Source of the DNA: a virus
Taxonomy: Duplodnaviria; Caudoviricetes
Strand: one strand, 5' to 3'
DNA: 25,250 nt
Virus record (IMG/VR): IMGVR_UViG_3300044540_000029
Coordinates: 1 to 25,250 of that record
Of this stretch, positions 7,273 to 17,900 are shown one piece after another; the stretch's first letter is position 1, and each line of letters starts with the position of its first letter. The notes beneath the pieces were generated by a model, which worked only from the letters and a program-made list of their open reading frames with translations, did not search any database and was not told the origin of the DNA. A program made the position numbers and the translations under genes.

Positions 7273-8397
7273 ATGGCATCAGCGATTACAGGCACTAGTG
7301 AACTAGCAGGTGCTCCTACCGCATATAGCGGTTCGAACTCCAGCCTTTCAACAGCAATTCAGACCATCTGGTCTAAAGAAATTCTATTCCAAGCAATGCC
7401 AATTCTGCGTTTCGAGCAGTTTGCAGTTAAGAAGACTGAACTAGGTGTAGCACCTGGTCTTCGTGTGAACTTCCTTCGTTACAAGAACTTTGCTGTAGAC
7501 CCAGCACCACTTACAGAAGGTGTACGTCTAACAACAAACGCTCTTACAGCAGAACAAATTGCAATCACAGTTGCAGAACACGGCTACGCAGTAGCAGTTT
7601 CTGAACTACTACTTAACGCATCATTCGATGACGTTATGGCATCATCTTCACGCCTTCTAGGTCGCCACATGGCACAGTACCTAGATGTACAGGCACGTAA
7701 CACACTAGGTGCTGCTACTTCTGCAGTATTCGGTTACGACCGTACAGGCGTATCAGCAGGGTCACAGTCATTCTACGATGAAGGCTCAAAGGCAACATCT
7801 ATCGCAACAATTACAGCAAACCACAAGTTGACTACTGGTGCTGTAAAGGATGCTGCACTTACCCTTGCTTCAAAGAACATTCCTCGCCTCGGTGAGACAT
7901 ACGTAATGTTCATCAATCCAAAGCAGTCACGTGATATTCGTTCGAACCCAGAGTTCATCGAAGTTACCAAGTACGCTGCCCCAGGAAACTTCATGCTCGG
8001 TGAAATCGGTCGTCTATACGACGTAGTATTCATCGAAACAACTCAGGTTAAGTCATACGCATCAGGAGCAGTTATTAACGAGACTGCAAATGTTGGTGCA
8101 CCTGCTGACCAGACTGAAGTTCCAGTAAAGGCAAACACCAACCCAGGTTCAGGTGGAAACCCAACAGGTTCAACTTCACCAAACCCTGCTGGTGGTTCTG
8201 GCGGAACTGCAGCAACAACTGTCTACGAATCAATCATGATTGGTGACAACGCATTTGGTCACGCAATTTCCCTTCCAGTTGAACTTCGCGATGGTGGCGT
8301 TCTTGACTTCGGTCGTGAGCACGCCCTTGCTTGGTATGCAATTTGGGGTCTTGGCGTTATCACAGACCAAGCAATTTGCAAGGTCTTCACTGCTTAA
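7273..8397 (+). CDS. Major capsid protein (HK97 fold, N4-gp56-like family)
   Basis: 374 aa after the scaffold. Motifs LTEGV, ITVAEHG, YVMFINPKQSRDIR..PEF, GEIGRLYDVVFIET and AWYAIWG. High-expression codon bias and RBS AGGAAAGGA. Confidence 0.92.
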   Translation: MASAITGTSELAGAPTAYSGSNSSLSTAIQTIWSKEILFQAMPILRFEQFAVKKTELGVAPGLRVNFLRYKNFAVDPAPLTEGVRLTTNALTAEQIAITVAEHGYAVAVSELLLNASFDDVMASSSRLLGRHMAQYLDVQARNTLGAATSAVFGYDRTGVSAGSQSFYDEGSKATSIATITANHKLTTGAVKDAALTLASKNIPRLGETYVMFINPKQSRDIRSNPEFIEVTKYAAPGNFMLGEIGRLYDVVFIETTQVKSYASGAVINETANVGAPADQTEVPVKANTNPGSGGNPTGSTSPNPAGGSGGTAATTVYESIMIGDNAFGHAISLPVELRDGGVLDFGREHALAWYAIWGLGVITDQAICKVFTA

Positions 8398-8409
8398 TTA
8401 AATAAGCAT

Positions 8410-8453
8410 TGGTCGGAAGAGTCCCATACTCCTTCTTTGGGACTCTTCCGCCA
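8410..8453 (+). terminator. 13-bp perfect hairpin downstream of the capsid gene
   Basis: CGGAAGAGTCCCA (8414-8426) / TGGGACTCTTCCG (8438-8450), with 11-nt loop TACTCCTTCTT. No U-tract. Confidence 0.65.
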
Positions 8454-8490
8454 CAAAAATTAACACAACCAATTTAGGAGAATAAACATC

Positions 8491-8862
8491 GTGGCAAACA
8501 AAGCAACTAGTCCTTTGGACGCAACAGGGCGTGCACAGGAAAAAGCAACAAGAGATAATGCAGAAGCACTTCGTAAGCGTAAGGAAGAAATTTCTGTCGC
8601 AAACAAGATTGAGGCTGAACTTCTGGAGACTGCGGTCTTTGACCCAAAGAGTCCAGAAAAACCAATTGTTCTAGACGAAATCGTAGAAGTTGGCGTAACA
8701 CTTGCAAATGACAAAGTTGTTATCCGTACCATCACAGACATCGAAGAGATGACTTGGGGTGTAGGAAACACTTACAACTTTAAAGCAGGCGTTAAATACT
8801 CAGTTCCTTCAGAACTGGCTAACTATCTTGAAGGTCTAGGTTATATTTGGCGACCAAACTAA
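8491..8862 (+). CDS. Hypothetical protein following the capsid gene (possibly head-associated)
   Basis: GTG start with AGGAG RBS, 123 aa. Function is suggested by position only. Confidence 0.75.
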   Translation: MANKATSPLDATGRAQEKATRDNAEALRKRKEEISVANKIEAELLETAVFDPKSPEKPIVLDEIVEVGVTLANDKVVIRTITDIEEMTWGVGNTYNFKAGVKYSVPSELANYLEGLGYIWRPN

Positions 8863-8889
8863 ACACTGTTTAGTCGTCGTCAATACTCT

Positions 8890-8936
8890 GGTTACTCCTC
8901 TAGTTTCTGCCCTCCTCCTAGAGGAGTAACCTTTTT
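8890..8936 (+). terminator. Intrinsic terminator
   Basis: 14-bp perfect stem GGTTACTCCTCTAG (8890-8903) / CTAGAGGAGTAACC (8918-8931), 14-nt loop, followed by TTTTT. Confidence 0.8.
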
Positions 8937-8998
8937 AATGCTGATTAAATTTGCTTAATAAGGAATCATTAGCATCTAAAGTTAAGCACGGAGGATAC

Positions 8999-10054
8999 GT
9001 GGCAACAACGTCTAACTTAGCCGACATGGTTAGGTCCGAAATAGGAGATTCCTCTAAATCTTTTGTTATGCAGTTTATTGCAGATGGAACAACAAACAGA
9101 TTTGGTCTTCATTACTCTCCTGTAGATGCAGCGAGCCTTTACGTAAGATTTGATGACTTTAATGTCTCTAATGACGTATCTGTAGAAGAAGCAACGGGCG
9201 TTCTCGTTACTGATGTAATACCACCAGACGGAACTGAAATTACAGTTGCAGGAAACTACTTCAGATACTTTACTCCAGCAGAAATAAATCGTTTTGTAGA
9301 AAATGCTCTTTTACAGCATTCAAATAATAGAACAGACTCTTTGGGAAGAGTACAAACAATCGAAACTCTCCCAGCAGTAGAGGTATACCCTGTTGCTCTT
9401 TTAGCAAGCACACTAGCACTTTATACTCTAGCAACAGATGCTTCTTTTGATATTAACGTATTTGCTCCAGACGGTGTGACCATTCCACGTTCTGAGCGTT
9501 ACCGTCAGTTAATGGACATGATTCAAGCAAGAAAAGACCAGTACCGTGAATTGTGCATTTTATTAGGCATCGGTCTTTACAGAATTGAAGTATTTACATT
9601 CCGCAGAATTTCTAAAACAACAAATCATTACGTTCCAGTATATCGACCACAGGAGGTGGATGATTATTCCTACCCAGAAAGAATCGAACTTGCACGACCT
9701 ACCTACGGCGACCAGCCCTCAGAGCGACCTTATGACTCTGTGGAACTTACTGCCTATCAAGATGTGGCGTTTACGTACTCTATTCCGTACGTCGGAAACC
9801 TCACAGAAAAAGGCGTAGTAGCAAATATTCGTTGGAAAGCAGGGGTTTTACAAAGTCACATGCCGTTTACTGTGACAGTAACTACCTCTCCAACCGATAA
9901 TACAAGCCATACAATTACTATCAGTTTGACCAAAGAACAGACCAGGAGACTTGCACAGCGTATGTACTGGGACATCGAATTTGTTTATAACGATGGACAA
10001 AGAACCACGTATAAGGCTGGCAAACTATTTACAGTGCGTGAGGTGACAACGTAA
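8999..10054 (+). CDS. Putative head-tail adaptor/neck protein with extra beta-rich C-terminal domain
   Basis: Start moved from TTG 8951 to the in-frame GTG 8999, which follows GGAGGA. The [11 protein letters not shown] ... YFTPAEI ... [14 protein letters not shown] pattern is typical of head-completion adaptors. Located after the capsid cluster. Confidence 0.6.
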   Translation: MATTSNLADMVRSEIGDSSKSFVMQFIADGTTNRFGLHYSPVDAASLYVRFDDFNVSNDVSVEEATGVLVTDVIPPDGTEITVAGNYFRYFTPAEINRFVENALLQHSNNRTDSLGRVQTIETLPAVEVYPVALLASTLALYTLATDASFDINVFAPDGVTIPRSERYRQLMDMIQARKDQYRELCILLGIGLYRIEVFTFRRISKTTNHYVPVYRPQEVDDYSYPERIELARPTYGDQPSERPYDSVELTAYQDVAFTYSIPYVGNLTEKGVVANIRWKAGVLQSHMPFTVTVTTSPTDNTSHTITISLTKEQTRRLAQRMYWDIEFVYNDGQRTTYKAGKLFTVREVTT

Positions 10055-12198
10055 TGCCTATTGACCCAAATAGCCCTCTCTATCCAGAGATTGACCCTGC
10101 ACTTTTACCTGGAGTTCCTACAACTAGAGGACCTCGTGGTTATCAAGGACCAACAGGTCCTACTGGTCCACAAGGACCAGCAGGTTCTGCTTCTGCAACT
10201 GGTGCAACAGGACCAACTGGTTTAACTGGTTCGACTGGTGCAACAGGACCAACAGGTCCTACTGGTGCAGTTGGACCACAAGGTTTAACTGGATTTACTG
10301 GACCACAAGGACCAACAGGTCCTACTGGTGCTGACTCTCTTGTAACAGGTCCTACTGGTGCAGCAGGAGCAACTGGTGCTACTGGTGCTACTGGAGCAAC
10401 GGGTGCTACTGGTTTGCAAGGAGCAACTGGACCTAGTGGTCCGCAAGGTATTCAAGGACCGCAAGGTATTCAAGGTCCTACTGGACCTACTGGTGCATCT
10501 GGTGTTGCTGGTAACATTGGTCCAACTGGTCCAACTGGTGCACAAGGTATTCAAGGTCCTACAGGTGCTACTGGTGCAACAGGTGCTGCATCTACTGTTA
10601 CTGGTCCAACAGGACCTACTGGTGCACAAGGTGCAGTTGGTGCAACTGGTCCTACTGGTGCACAAGGTGTAACTGGTCCTACAGGTGCTGCATCTACAGT
10701 AACTGGTCCTACTGGTGCACAAGGTGTAACTGGTCCTACTGGTCCAACTGGTCCACAAGGAACTGCCGTAACAATTAAGGGTGAGTATGCAGACCAAGCA
10801 ACATTAGTTGCTGCTCGTCCTACAGGAAATTTTGGCGACGCATATTTAGTTGCAAATGGTGATTTGTATGTTTGGACTCCAAACTCAACCCCGCCAAACT
10901 TTGGTACATGGACCAACGTTGGAAATATTCAAGGACCAACTGGTCCATACGGTGCTACAGGAGCAACTGGTCCAACTGGTGCTGCATCTAACGTAACAGG
11001 TCCAACTGGTTCAACTGGACCTACTGGTGCTACAGGACCTACTGGAGCAGCCTCTAACGTAACAGGTCCAACTGGTGCGATTGGTGCGACAGGACCTACA
11101 GGAGCAACAGGACCTACTGGTGCAGCCTCACAAGTAACAGGTCCGACAGGACCTACAGGAGCAACAGGACCTACTGGTGCAGCCTCACAAGTAACAGGTC
11201 CTACTGGTGCTACTGGTGCAACTGGTCCTACAGGAGCCACAGGTCAAGATGGTACATCTATTAACCTTAAGGGAACTGTTGCAGCAGTTGAAAACCTTCC
11301 TTCTACAGGAAATACAAATGGTGATGCTTACCTTGTAACTGCAACAGGAAATATTTGGATTTGGTCAGGAAGTGCTTGGACAGATGGTGGTCCATTCCGT
11401 GGACCAACTGGTCCAACAGGAGCGACAGGTCCTACAGGAGCAACAGGTGCTGCAAGCACTGTAACTGGTCCAACTGGAGCAACAGGCCCTACAGGAGCAA
11501 CAGGACCTACTGGTGCACAAGGTCCTACTGGTGCACGTAACGGAACAACTTTTAAGATTTCAAATAATGGTGCGGGAACACAATTCTTAGTTGAAGGTAT
11601 CCCAGGAGATACCCCAACACTGGATGTTGTTCGTGGAGAAACTTACTACTTTGATTTAAGTTCTGTGCCTATTACAGACTCTTTTACAATTCGATTTAAC
11701 CTAACTGATACTGCAAACCCAATTCCTGGAATGGTTGGAAACAACATTTCTACAGGAGCATACGCTGGCAGTACTCCAAATATAATTACTTACACAGTTC
11801 CTCTTGATGCTCCAGCAAATTTAATTTATCGAAGCGTTCAAGATGCAACTCAAGTTGGTGTAATTGCAATCTACGATAAGCGAGGACCAACTGGACCTAC
11901 AGGTCCACAGGGTGTAACTGGACCTACTGGTGCAGCATCAACAGTTCCTGGCCCTACTGGTCCAACTGGACCTACAGGTCCAACAGGTCCTGTTGGTCAG
12001 TTTACTGCTTCAGCATCAGCACCTGCAGTTGAGAATTCAGAGCCAGGTGATGCTTGGTTTAACACTCAAACTGCAAAAACTTACGTATTCTTTAACAATG
12101 CTTGGACAGAGGTTGCTTCTGGAAATATTGGTCCAACAGGTCCACAAGGACAGGCTGGTTCTTTAGCACTCTCGACAATGTGGTGGCTTGGAGCATGA
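10054..12198 (+). CDS. Collagen-like fibre protein 1 (GPT/GAT repeats with interspersed globular domains)
   Basis: Long Gly-X-Thr runs. Two copies of a KG.......L...G..GDAYLV...G..WIW/YVW...WT..G...GP module, a cupredoxin-like domain lacking Cu ligands, and a C-terminal AP....GDAWFNT...Y.....W module. TAATG coupling to the upstream gene. Confidence 0.88.
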   Translation: MPIDPNSPLYPEIDPALLPGVPTTRGPRGYQGPTGPTGPQGPAGSASATGATGPTGLTGSTGATGPTGPTGAVGPQGLTGFTGPQGPTGPTGADSLVTGPTGAAGATGATGATGATGATGLQGATGPSGPQGIQGPQGIQGPTGPTGASGVAGNIGPTGPTGAQGIQGPTGATGATGAASTVTGPTGPTGAQGAVGATGPTGAQGVTGPTGAASTVTGPTGAQGVTGPTGPTGPQGTAVTIKGEYADQATLVAARPTGNFGDAYLVANGDLYVWTPNSTPPNFGTWTNVGNIQGPTGPYGATGATGPTGAASNVTGPTGSTGPTGATGPTGAASNVTGPTGAIGATGPTGATGPTGAASQVTGPTGPTGATGPTGAASQVTGPTGATGATGPTGATGQDGTSINLKGTVAAVENLPSTGNTNGDAYLVTATGNIWIWSGSAWTDGGPFRGPTGPTGATGPTGATGAASTVTGPTGATGPTGATGPTGAQGPTGARNGTTFKISNNGAGTQFLVEGIPGDTPTLDVVRGETYYFDLSSVPITDSFTIRFNLTDTANPIPGMVGNNISTGAYAGSTPNIITYTVPLDAPANLIYRSVQDATQVGVIAIYDKRGPTGPTGPQGVTGPTGAASTVPGPTGPTGPTGPTGPVGQFTASASAPAVENSEPGDAWFNTQTAKTYVFFNNAWTEVASGNIGPTGPQGQAGSLALSTMWWLGA
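11087..11201 (+). repeat. Perfect 57-bp tandem duplication inside the collagen region
   Basis: Unit CGACAGGACCTACAGGAGCAACAGGACCTACTGGTGCAGCCTCACAAGTAACAGGTC starts at 11087 and again at 11144. Confidence 0.85.
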
Positions 12199-12271
12199 TG
12201 TTTATACAGTTAAATTCAAATTTACTTAGTAAAGTATGCACGATGATTAAAGAGAAGGATGGTCGTAACTA

Positions 12272-14974
12272 ATGCCTGGTTTTCTTGGTGGTAGTAGTGG
12301 TGGAAGTACTAGTTCTTCTGGCGTAGGCGGAGAAATTACTTTCCCATCGGCGTTTATTGACCCAGTAACTAAACTCCGTATTTCACAGCCTGAAACACTG
12401 ATTGATACTGACTTTGAATACGGTTTGCAGCCTACTAAGTGGGAAACTGTTGAACTTATTAATAACACACCATCGTTCTTTTCAAAGAGCGGTGACACAA
12501 CAATTCCAAATATTTCATCAATCTTGTCTACTGAGCAATCTCGAGAAATTAAAGTTATTACTTCTCTTGCTCACGGACTTGCTGTTGGTATTCCAATTAA
12601 CGTTGCTGGAACTAAGTCTCTTACAGCAAACGGTTCTTTCATTATCAACTCAGTTCCAACTCCAACTTCTTTTACATACCTATGTAAGCAAAATCAGGCA
12701 CAAACTGCTTCTATTGAAGACTTGTATACATCTGTTATTACAGGTGAGTTTTTCCAAGGTTCACAAATTAGAATTTCTGACTCTGAAGGTATTAAGACAG
12801 ATGCGGGAACTATTTCAACACTTACAGTTAAAACAGATAGCCCACACGGTTTTGGTTTAAATACCCCATTTTATTTCCTAAACCTAAACTCTTCTATCTC
12901 TCAAGAGTTTGACTCTTCAAATACAACTGGTAAGTCCTTTGATGCTTCTAACTCATCTACTGCACAAACATTTGATGGTTCAAATACCCTCAATTATCTA
13001 CCTGTTGATTTTGATAATAAAGCAAGTACAGGAAATATTACAAGTAGCATTCTTTCTGTTGACACATCTGCAGACACAATCACAGTGTCACACCAAACTG
13101 GTGAAACATTTGTAAACGCTGTTGTTGGAACCCCTCTTTACTACAACGTAGTTGCTGGTTCAGGATTCTTCTTTAACAACCCTCGTGGAATTGTTTTCGT
13201 AAAGTCAACAGGAACTTTGAGTGCTTCTACCGCTACATTCTCTGTAAGCGAAGTTCCAAACGGAACTACTATCGACATCGTAGGTTCAATGACAGGAACC
13301 TTCCAACTAGCAAACCTTGCAAAAACATTTGCTGGAAATAATCAAGGATTAGAAGCACCTGTAACAGTCCAACTTGGAACAGCAAAAACATTTGATGGTG
13401 CAAATACTGCTGGTGGTTCTGGAACGATTTCATCCTTTAGCGGTTCTTTGGTAAGTATGTTGTCTGATTCAGGAATCTCAGACCTTGATTGGTACAACGG
13501 CACTATGGTGCAGTACACCACAACAGGAAATGCTGCTACAGGTTTGACAGCAAATGCAACTTACTTTATTGACACATTCTTCTTTAACAATACTCCTGGA
13601 CAATACTTCTTTACGCTAAAGAACCTTCCAGGAGCAGCAGGAAGCCCAATTACCTCTATGTCAGGAGGAACTGGAACTCAAAAATTTAGGCAAATTGGAG
13701 TTTCCGCAGACCTTGATATTGTTCACGTAAGAAACAACGGCTTTACTGATAAGCAGATGGTTAAGTACACTTACCCAGCAAACGGACGTTTTACTACCCC
13801 TGGTTCTGAAGCAAAAGACTTCTACTTTGTTACTAATAAGTATGATGACCACAACTTCAAGTTAAACCATTTACTGGCTTCTATTTTGCCTCTTACTGCA
13901 GCAATTAATGGTGAAGCGGTAACTAATAACATTGTCGCTGGTTCTCAACAGACATTAACTGCTCAAGGCTTTACAGGAGCGGTTTCATACTCTATTTCTC
14001 CAGCGTTGCCTTCAGGTTTATCAATGAGCACATCTACAGGTTTAATTAGCGGAACACCTACAGGTGCTTATGCTGCTGCTCATACAATTACTGGAACTGA
14101 TGCTTCTGGAGGTCAAGCATTCCAGACAGTTAACATTAACTTTACTGCTCCACCTCCACAAGGACAGTCAGCCTTTACATCACCTGGAACATACACATTT
14201 ACAGTCCCTGCTCGTGTATCAACAATTTCAGCAATGGCTGTTGGTGGTGGCGGTGGCGGTTCTTATATTTGGTCATACGGTGCTGGTGGCGGTGGAGGAA
14301 CCGCTTGGATTGCAGGTCTTCCTGTAACTCCAGGAGAAACCTTTACTGTTGAAGTTGGCGGTGGCGGAAGCACTTGGTCTTACGAAGGTTCTCGCCCAGG
14401 AAACAACTCAGTATTACGCCGTAACTCAAGCGGAGTTAACCACATCATTGGTTATGGTTCAGGACAAGGTGGACCTAACTCTGCTGGTGGTGCTTCTGGT
14501 GGATACACATTCACTGGTGGTTCATCTGGTGGTGGCGGTCGTGGTGGATACACTAACTGGAACTGGCCTTATGCTGGTGGCGGTGCTGGTGGTTACCAAG
14601 GTCATGGTGGCGATTACAACGGTGGTCAAGGCTATGGTGGCGGTGGCGGTGCTGGTGCTATGCACTCCTCATATTGGGGAACACCTGCTGGTGGCGGTGT
14701 AGGTATTAACGGTCAGTTTAATGACGGTCAGGCTTCTTACTATGGTCATGGTGGTTTCGGTGGCTCTGGTGGAACACAAGGTGGTTTCGGTGAGCCTTAC
14801 CACTACTACGGTCGTGGAGATATTAACGGCGGTATTTATGGTGGCGGTGCTGGCGGTTCTGGCTCTGCTTACTACGGTGGCGGAAACGGTGGCGGAGGAG
14901 CGGTTCGAATTATCTGGGGTCCAAACCGTGCTTATCCAAATACAAACACTACAGACCAGACAACAACCACTTAA
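12272..14974 (+). CDS. Large virion structural/fibre protein A (beta repeats, He_PIG-type Ig domain, C-terminal glycine-rich domain)
   Basis: 900 aa, Thr/Ser/Gly-rich. HG-type beta repeats, Ig-like YSISPALPSGLSMSTSTGLISGTPT, and polyglycine domain FTSPGTYTFTVP...VGGGGGG...GGAVRIIW. Confidence 0.8.
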   Translation: MPGFLGGSSGGSTSSSGVGGEITFPSAFIDPVTKLRISQPETLIDTDFEYGLQPTKWETVELINNTPSFFSKSGDTTIPNISSILSTEQSREIKVITSLAHGLAVGIPINVAGTKSLTANGSFIINSVPTPTSFTYLCKQNQAQTASIEDLYTSVITGEFFQGSQIRISDSEGIKTDAGTISTLTVKTDSPHGFGLNTPFYFLNLNSSISQEFDSSNTTGKSFDASNSSTAQTFDGSNTLNYLPVDFDNKASTGNITSSILSVDTSADTITVSHQTGETFVNAVVGTPLYYNVVAGSGFFFNNPRGIVFVKSTGTLSASTATFSVSEVPNGTTIDIVGSMTGTFQLANLAKTFAGNNQGLEAPVTVQLGTAKTFDGANTAGGSGTISSFSGSLVSMLSDSGISDLDWYNGTMVQYTTTGNAATGLTANATYFIDTFFFNNTPGQYFFTLKNLPGAAGSPITSMSGGTGTQKFRQIGVSADLDIVHVRNNGFTDKQMVKYTYPANGRFTTPGSEAKDFYFVTNKYDDHNFKLNHLLASILPLTAAINGEAVTNNIVAGSQQTLTAQGFTGAVSYSISPALPSGLSMSTSTGLISGTPTGAYAAAHTITGTDASGGQAFQTVNINFTAPPPQGQSAFTSPGTYTFTVPARVSTISAMAVGGGGGGSYIWSYGAGGGGGTAWIAGLPVTPGETFTVEVGGGGSTWSYEGSRPGNNSVLRRNSSGVNHIIGYGSGQGGPNSAGGASGGYTFTGGSSGGGGRGGYTNWNWPYAGGGAGGYQGHGGDYNGGQGYGGGGGAGAMHSSYWGTPAGGGVGINGQFNDGQASYYGHGGFGGSGGTQGGFGEPYHYYGRGDINGGIYGGGAGGSGSAYYGGGNGGGGAVRIIWGPNRAYPNTNTTDQTTTT

Positions 14975-14989
14975 GGGAGTGAGTAGATA

Positions 14990-17900
14990 ATGCCAATTAA
15001 TATTACTGCGTCGGGTTTAACAGGAACACACTCCTTCACACCCACAAATATAAATACTGCTGACTACTACCTCTATTACCCAACAGACACAAGTGGTCAA
15101 CCAACTATCCCTGCAGCGTTAAGAGATGGTTCTGCCTTTATTTATAATACTGGTCTAGGAACAATCAACGGACTTACAGATGGAAACCTTTACTACATTA
15201 AGCGTGTTGGAACTGCTCAAGTTTTCTTTAGTAATACAGCAGGTGGTACTGACGTAACATTAACAACCCCAAGTGCTGGTACTGCATTTTTTAACGCTCC
15301 TTACGTTTACCAAAATAAACTTTCTATTGAGGCAACTCTTTCAGATAATCAGGCAGTTCGTTATGTAACAGACGGAACAGCAATTGGCGGACTTACAAAA
15401 AATAACGTTTACTTTATTAAAACTTCTAACACAGGTTTTGGTACCGCAAATGCTCTTTACTCATTCTCATCATTTACTTTCACAACGGCTGGAACTACTG
15501 GAAACGTAGGCCCTTCTATTAGCACTATCAAAGCACACTCTAGTTACAGTGGTGCTGCATGGAGAACAGATTACCTACAAGCAGGTAATTTCCAAGGTTA
15601 CCAAGATTGGACTGTTCCAACATCTGGTACATATACATTTAACGTTCGCGGTGCTTCAGGACTTAACGGCTCTGGTTCTGGTTCTGCTGGTCGCGGTGCA
15701 ATTGTTCAAGGACGCGTATTCCTACAAAAGGGTGAAGTTATCACGATTGTAGTTGGACAACGCGGAACTGCTGCTCGTTCTGGCTCCACTTATGGTGGTT
15801 CAGGTGGAGGTTCTTGGGTTGTTCGCAAATCAGGAAATGTTCCTCTTTTTGTGGCGGGTGGAGGTTCTGCAGATGCAGATACCACTAACGGTTTAGACGG
15901 TGTGCTTTCAACTGGTGGCGGTTCATCCTCTGCTGGTGCTGATGGAGGTTCAAACGGTAACGGTGCACTTGCAACTGGAGGTAACTCTGGTGGTGGCGGT
16001 GGTTTCTCTACTGACGGTTCTAATGCAGCCACAGGTATTAAGGGCGGTGGTTCTTTTGCTACAGGTTTAACAACCTCTGGTGGAGGAACTGTTGGTGGTC
16101 TTGGTGGTTTTGGTGGCGGTGCATCTGCTGATGGAGACACAACTGGTCAATCTGGTGGTGGCGGTGGCTACTCTGGTGGTGCTGGTGCTCGCTCTAATGC
16201 TGCACGTGTTGCTGGTGGTGGCGGTGGTTCATTCATCGTAACTACAGCAACAAACGTTGCAACATCAAACGGTAGTTTTAACGGTTCAACTTCTTGGGGA
16301 ACAGAAACAATTACAAACCTTAACTCTTGGAATGCAGATGCTGATGGTCAAGTAACAGTAACACTAGTTGCTGCTGCTGCTGCAACAATTACTTTGCACC
16401 CAACAGCAGTTGATGCAAACGACGGAACTAACACAATTACTCTTACTCCTGGTGGAAGTAAGTACCATGCTTTGGTTCCTCTACAGGTAGATTTAACAAG
16501 CAACACCTTCTATTCACCATCTTTGCATGGTCTTAGTAATGGAGAAGCAGTTAAGTTTGTAACCAATGGAACTACTCCTGGCGGTATTACTGCAAACACA
16601 TCAACCTATTATGTAAATAAGATTGATAACTATTCTTACAAATTAAGCACAACACCATCTCCAGGATTTACTGATGTTGATGTAACAAGCCCTGGTTTTG
16701 GAACTATTGAGCGTTTTGACAAGATTATTGTTAACACAGCAACAAATACAATTACTATTAATAACCACGGTTTCTTGGCTAATCAGCCTGTTAAGTATGC
16801 TGTTAATGGTGGAACTGCTATTGCTCCACTCGTTGATGGTGCGACCTACTATGTAAAGACAGTAGTTGATGCAAACCGCATTATTCTAAGTCAATCTTTG
16901 AATGGTCCAGATTTAGATTTAACATCTGCTGGAACAGGCACTGGTCACTCCTTTATCTTCGTTACAGTTAACGTAGAAGAAGATAGCCTTTACATCCCAC
17001 AGCATGACCTATCAACAGGTCAAAGAGTTGTATACTCAAGTGGTGCTGGAACAGCAATTGGCGGACTTACAAATGGTTCTTCTTACTTCGTATTTAGAGT
17101 AGATGCAAACATTATTAAGTTGTCTACTGTTAAAACAGGAGCAGCAATTGTTAACCTAACTGGATTAGGTACAGGAACTCACACCCTTACTGTTAACTCA
17201 GTGGATTTGACTACTGAAACGATTACAATTCCAAACCACGGATTTACTACAGGTGAACTTGTATCTTACGATACAGCAGGACAAGCACCACTAACAGGAC
17301 TTGTTTCTGGTTCTCCTTACTATGTAATTGCACCAAATGGTGATGAAATTAAGTTGGCAACAACTTATGACAATGCTATTAATGGAACAGCAATTAACCT
17401 AACAGGTGTAGGTGTTGGAAAGCATAGACTTTACTCACTTATCCGTACACCAGACGGTATCTACACAGTAGATTCGGTTCCAAGTACCACAACGTTCTCT
17501 GTTAAGGCGAATGGTCTTGTTCCTCTTATTGTTAAAGAGTTTGTTCCACGTTCTACAGTTGACACACAACAGAACGTATTTAAAATCTTAGGACATGGAT
17601 TTATTACTGGAACTAAGGTTACTTACAGTTCAGGTGGAGGCTCATCAATTGGTGGCTTGTCTTCTGGAACAGATTATTACGTAATTAACGTAAACAAGGA
17701 CTACATCAAACTTGCTTCTTCTGCAGATAACGCTATTTCTGGTACACCTGTCATAATTTCTGACTTTGGTTCTGGAAATGGTCACCACTTCACTTCTGCC
17801 CAGATTAACGGACAGATTGTTGGTGCAGGTACAGTTACAACTGAAGCAGGCTCTGTATTGGTAGCAGGTTCTGGAACCGCTTTTGCTAAAATTTTAAAGG

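Noticed and set aside
8951-8998. TTG start given in the ORF track for the adaptor-like gene
   Set aside because: It has no SD and lies just after the terminator. The in-frame GTG at 8999 has GGAGGA at a normal distance.
10285-11240. Minus-strand and alternate-frame ORFs over collagen 1 (GPVGPVAPV..., CTSRT... repeats)
   Set aside because: Shadow frames of the GGN-CCN-ACN repeat, which lacks stops in other frames. They have no RBS and run against the operon.
12221-12233. Palindrome TTTACT-T-AGTAAA upstream of protein A
   Set aside because: Short, AT-rich and single-copy. No matching operator seen elsewhere.
14160-14960. Diversity-generating retroelement target in the aromatic-rich glycine domain
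   Set aside because: No reverse transcriptase and no template/variable repeat pair seen in this window. It cannot be excluded elsewhere in the genome.
14972-14992. Stop-codon read-through or genetic-code reassignment joining proteins A and B
   Set aside because: Two different in-frame stops (TAA, TAG) would both need suppression, and B has its own SD and ATG. TAA, TAG and TGA all end genes normally elsewhere in the window.
15790-16140. Proline-rich minus-strand ORF
   Set aside because: Reverse complement of poly-Gly (GGT/GGC) codons. No independent evidence.
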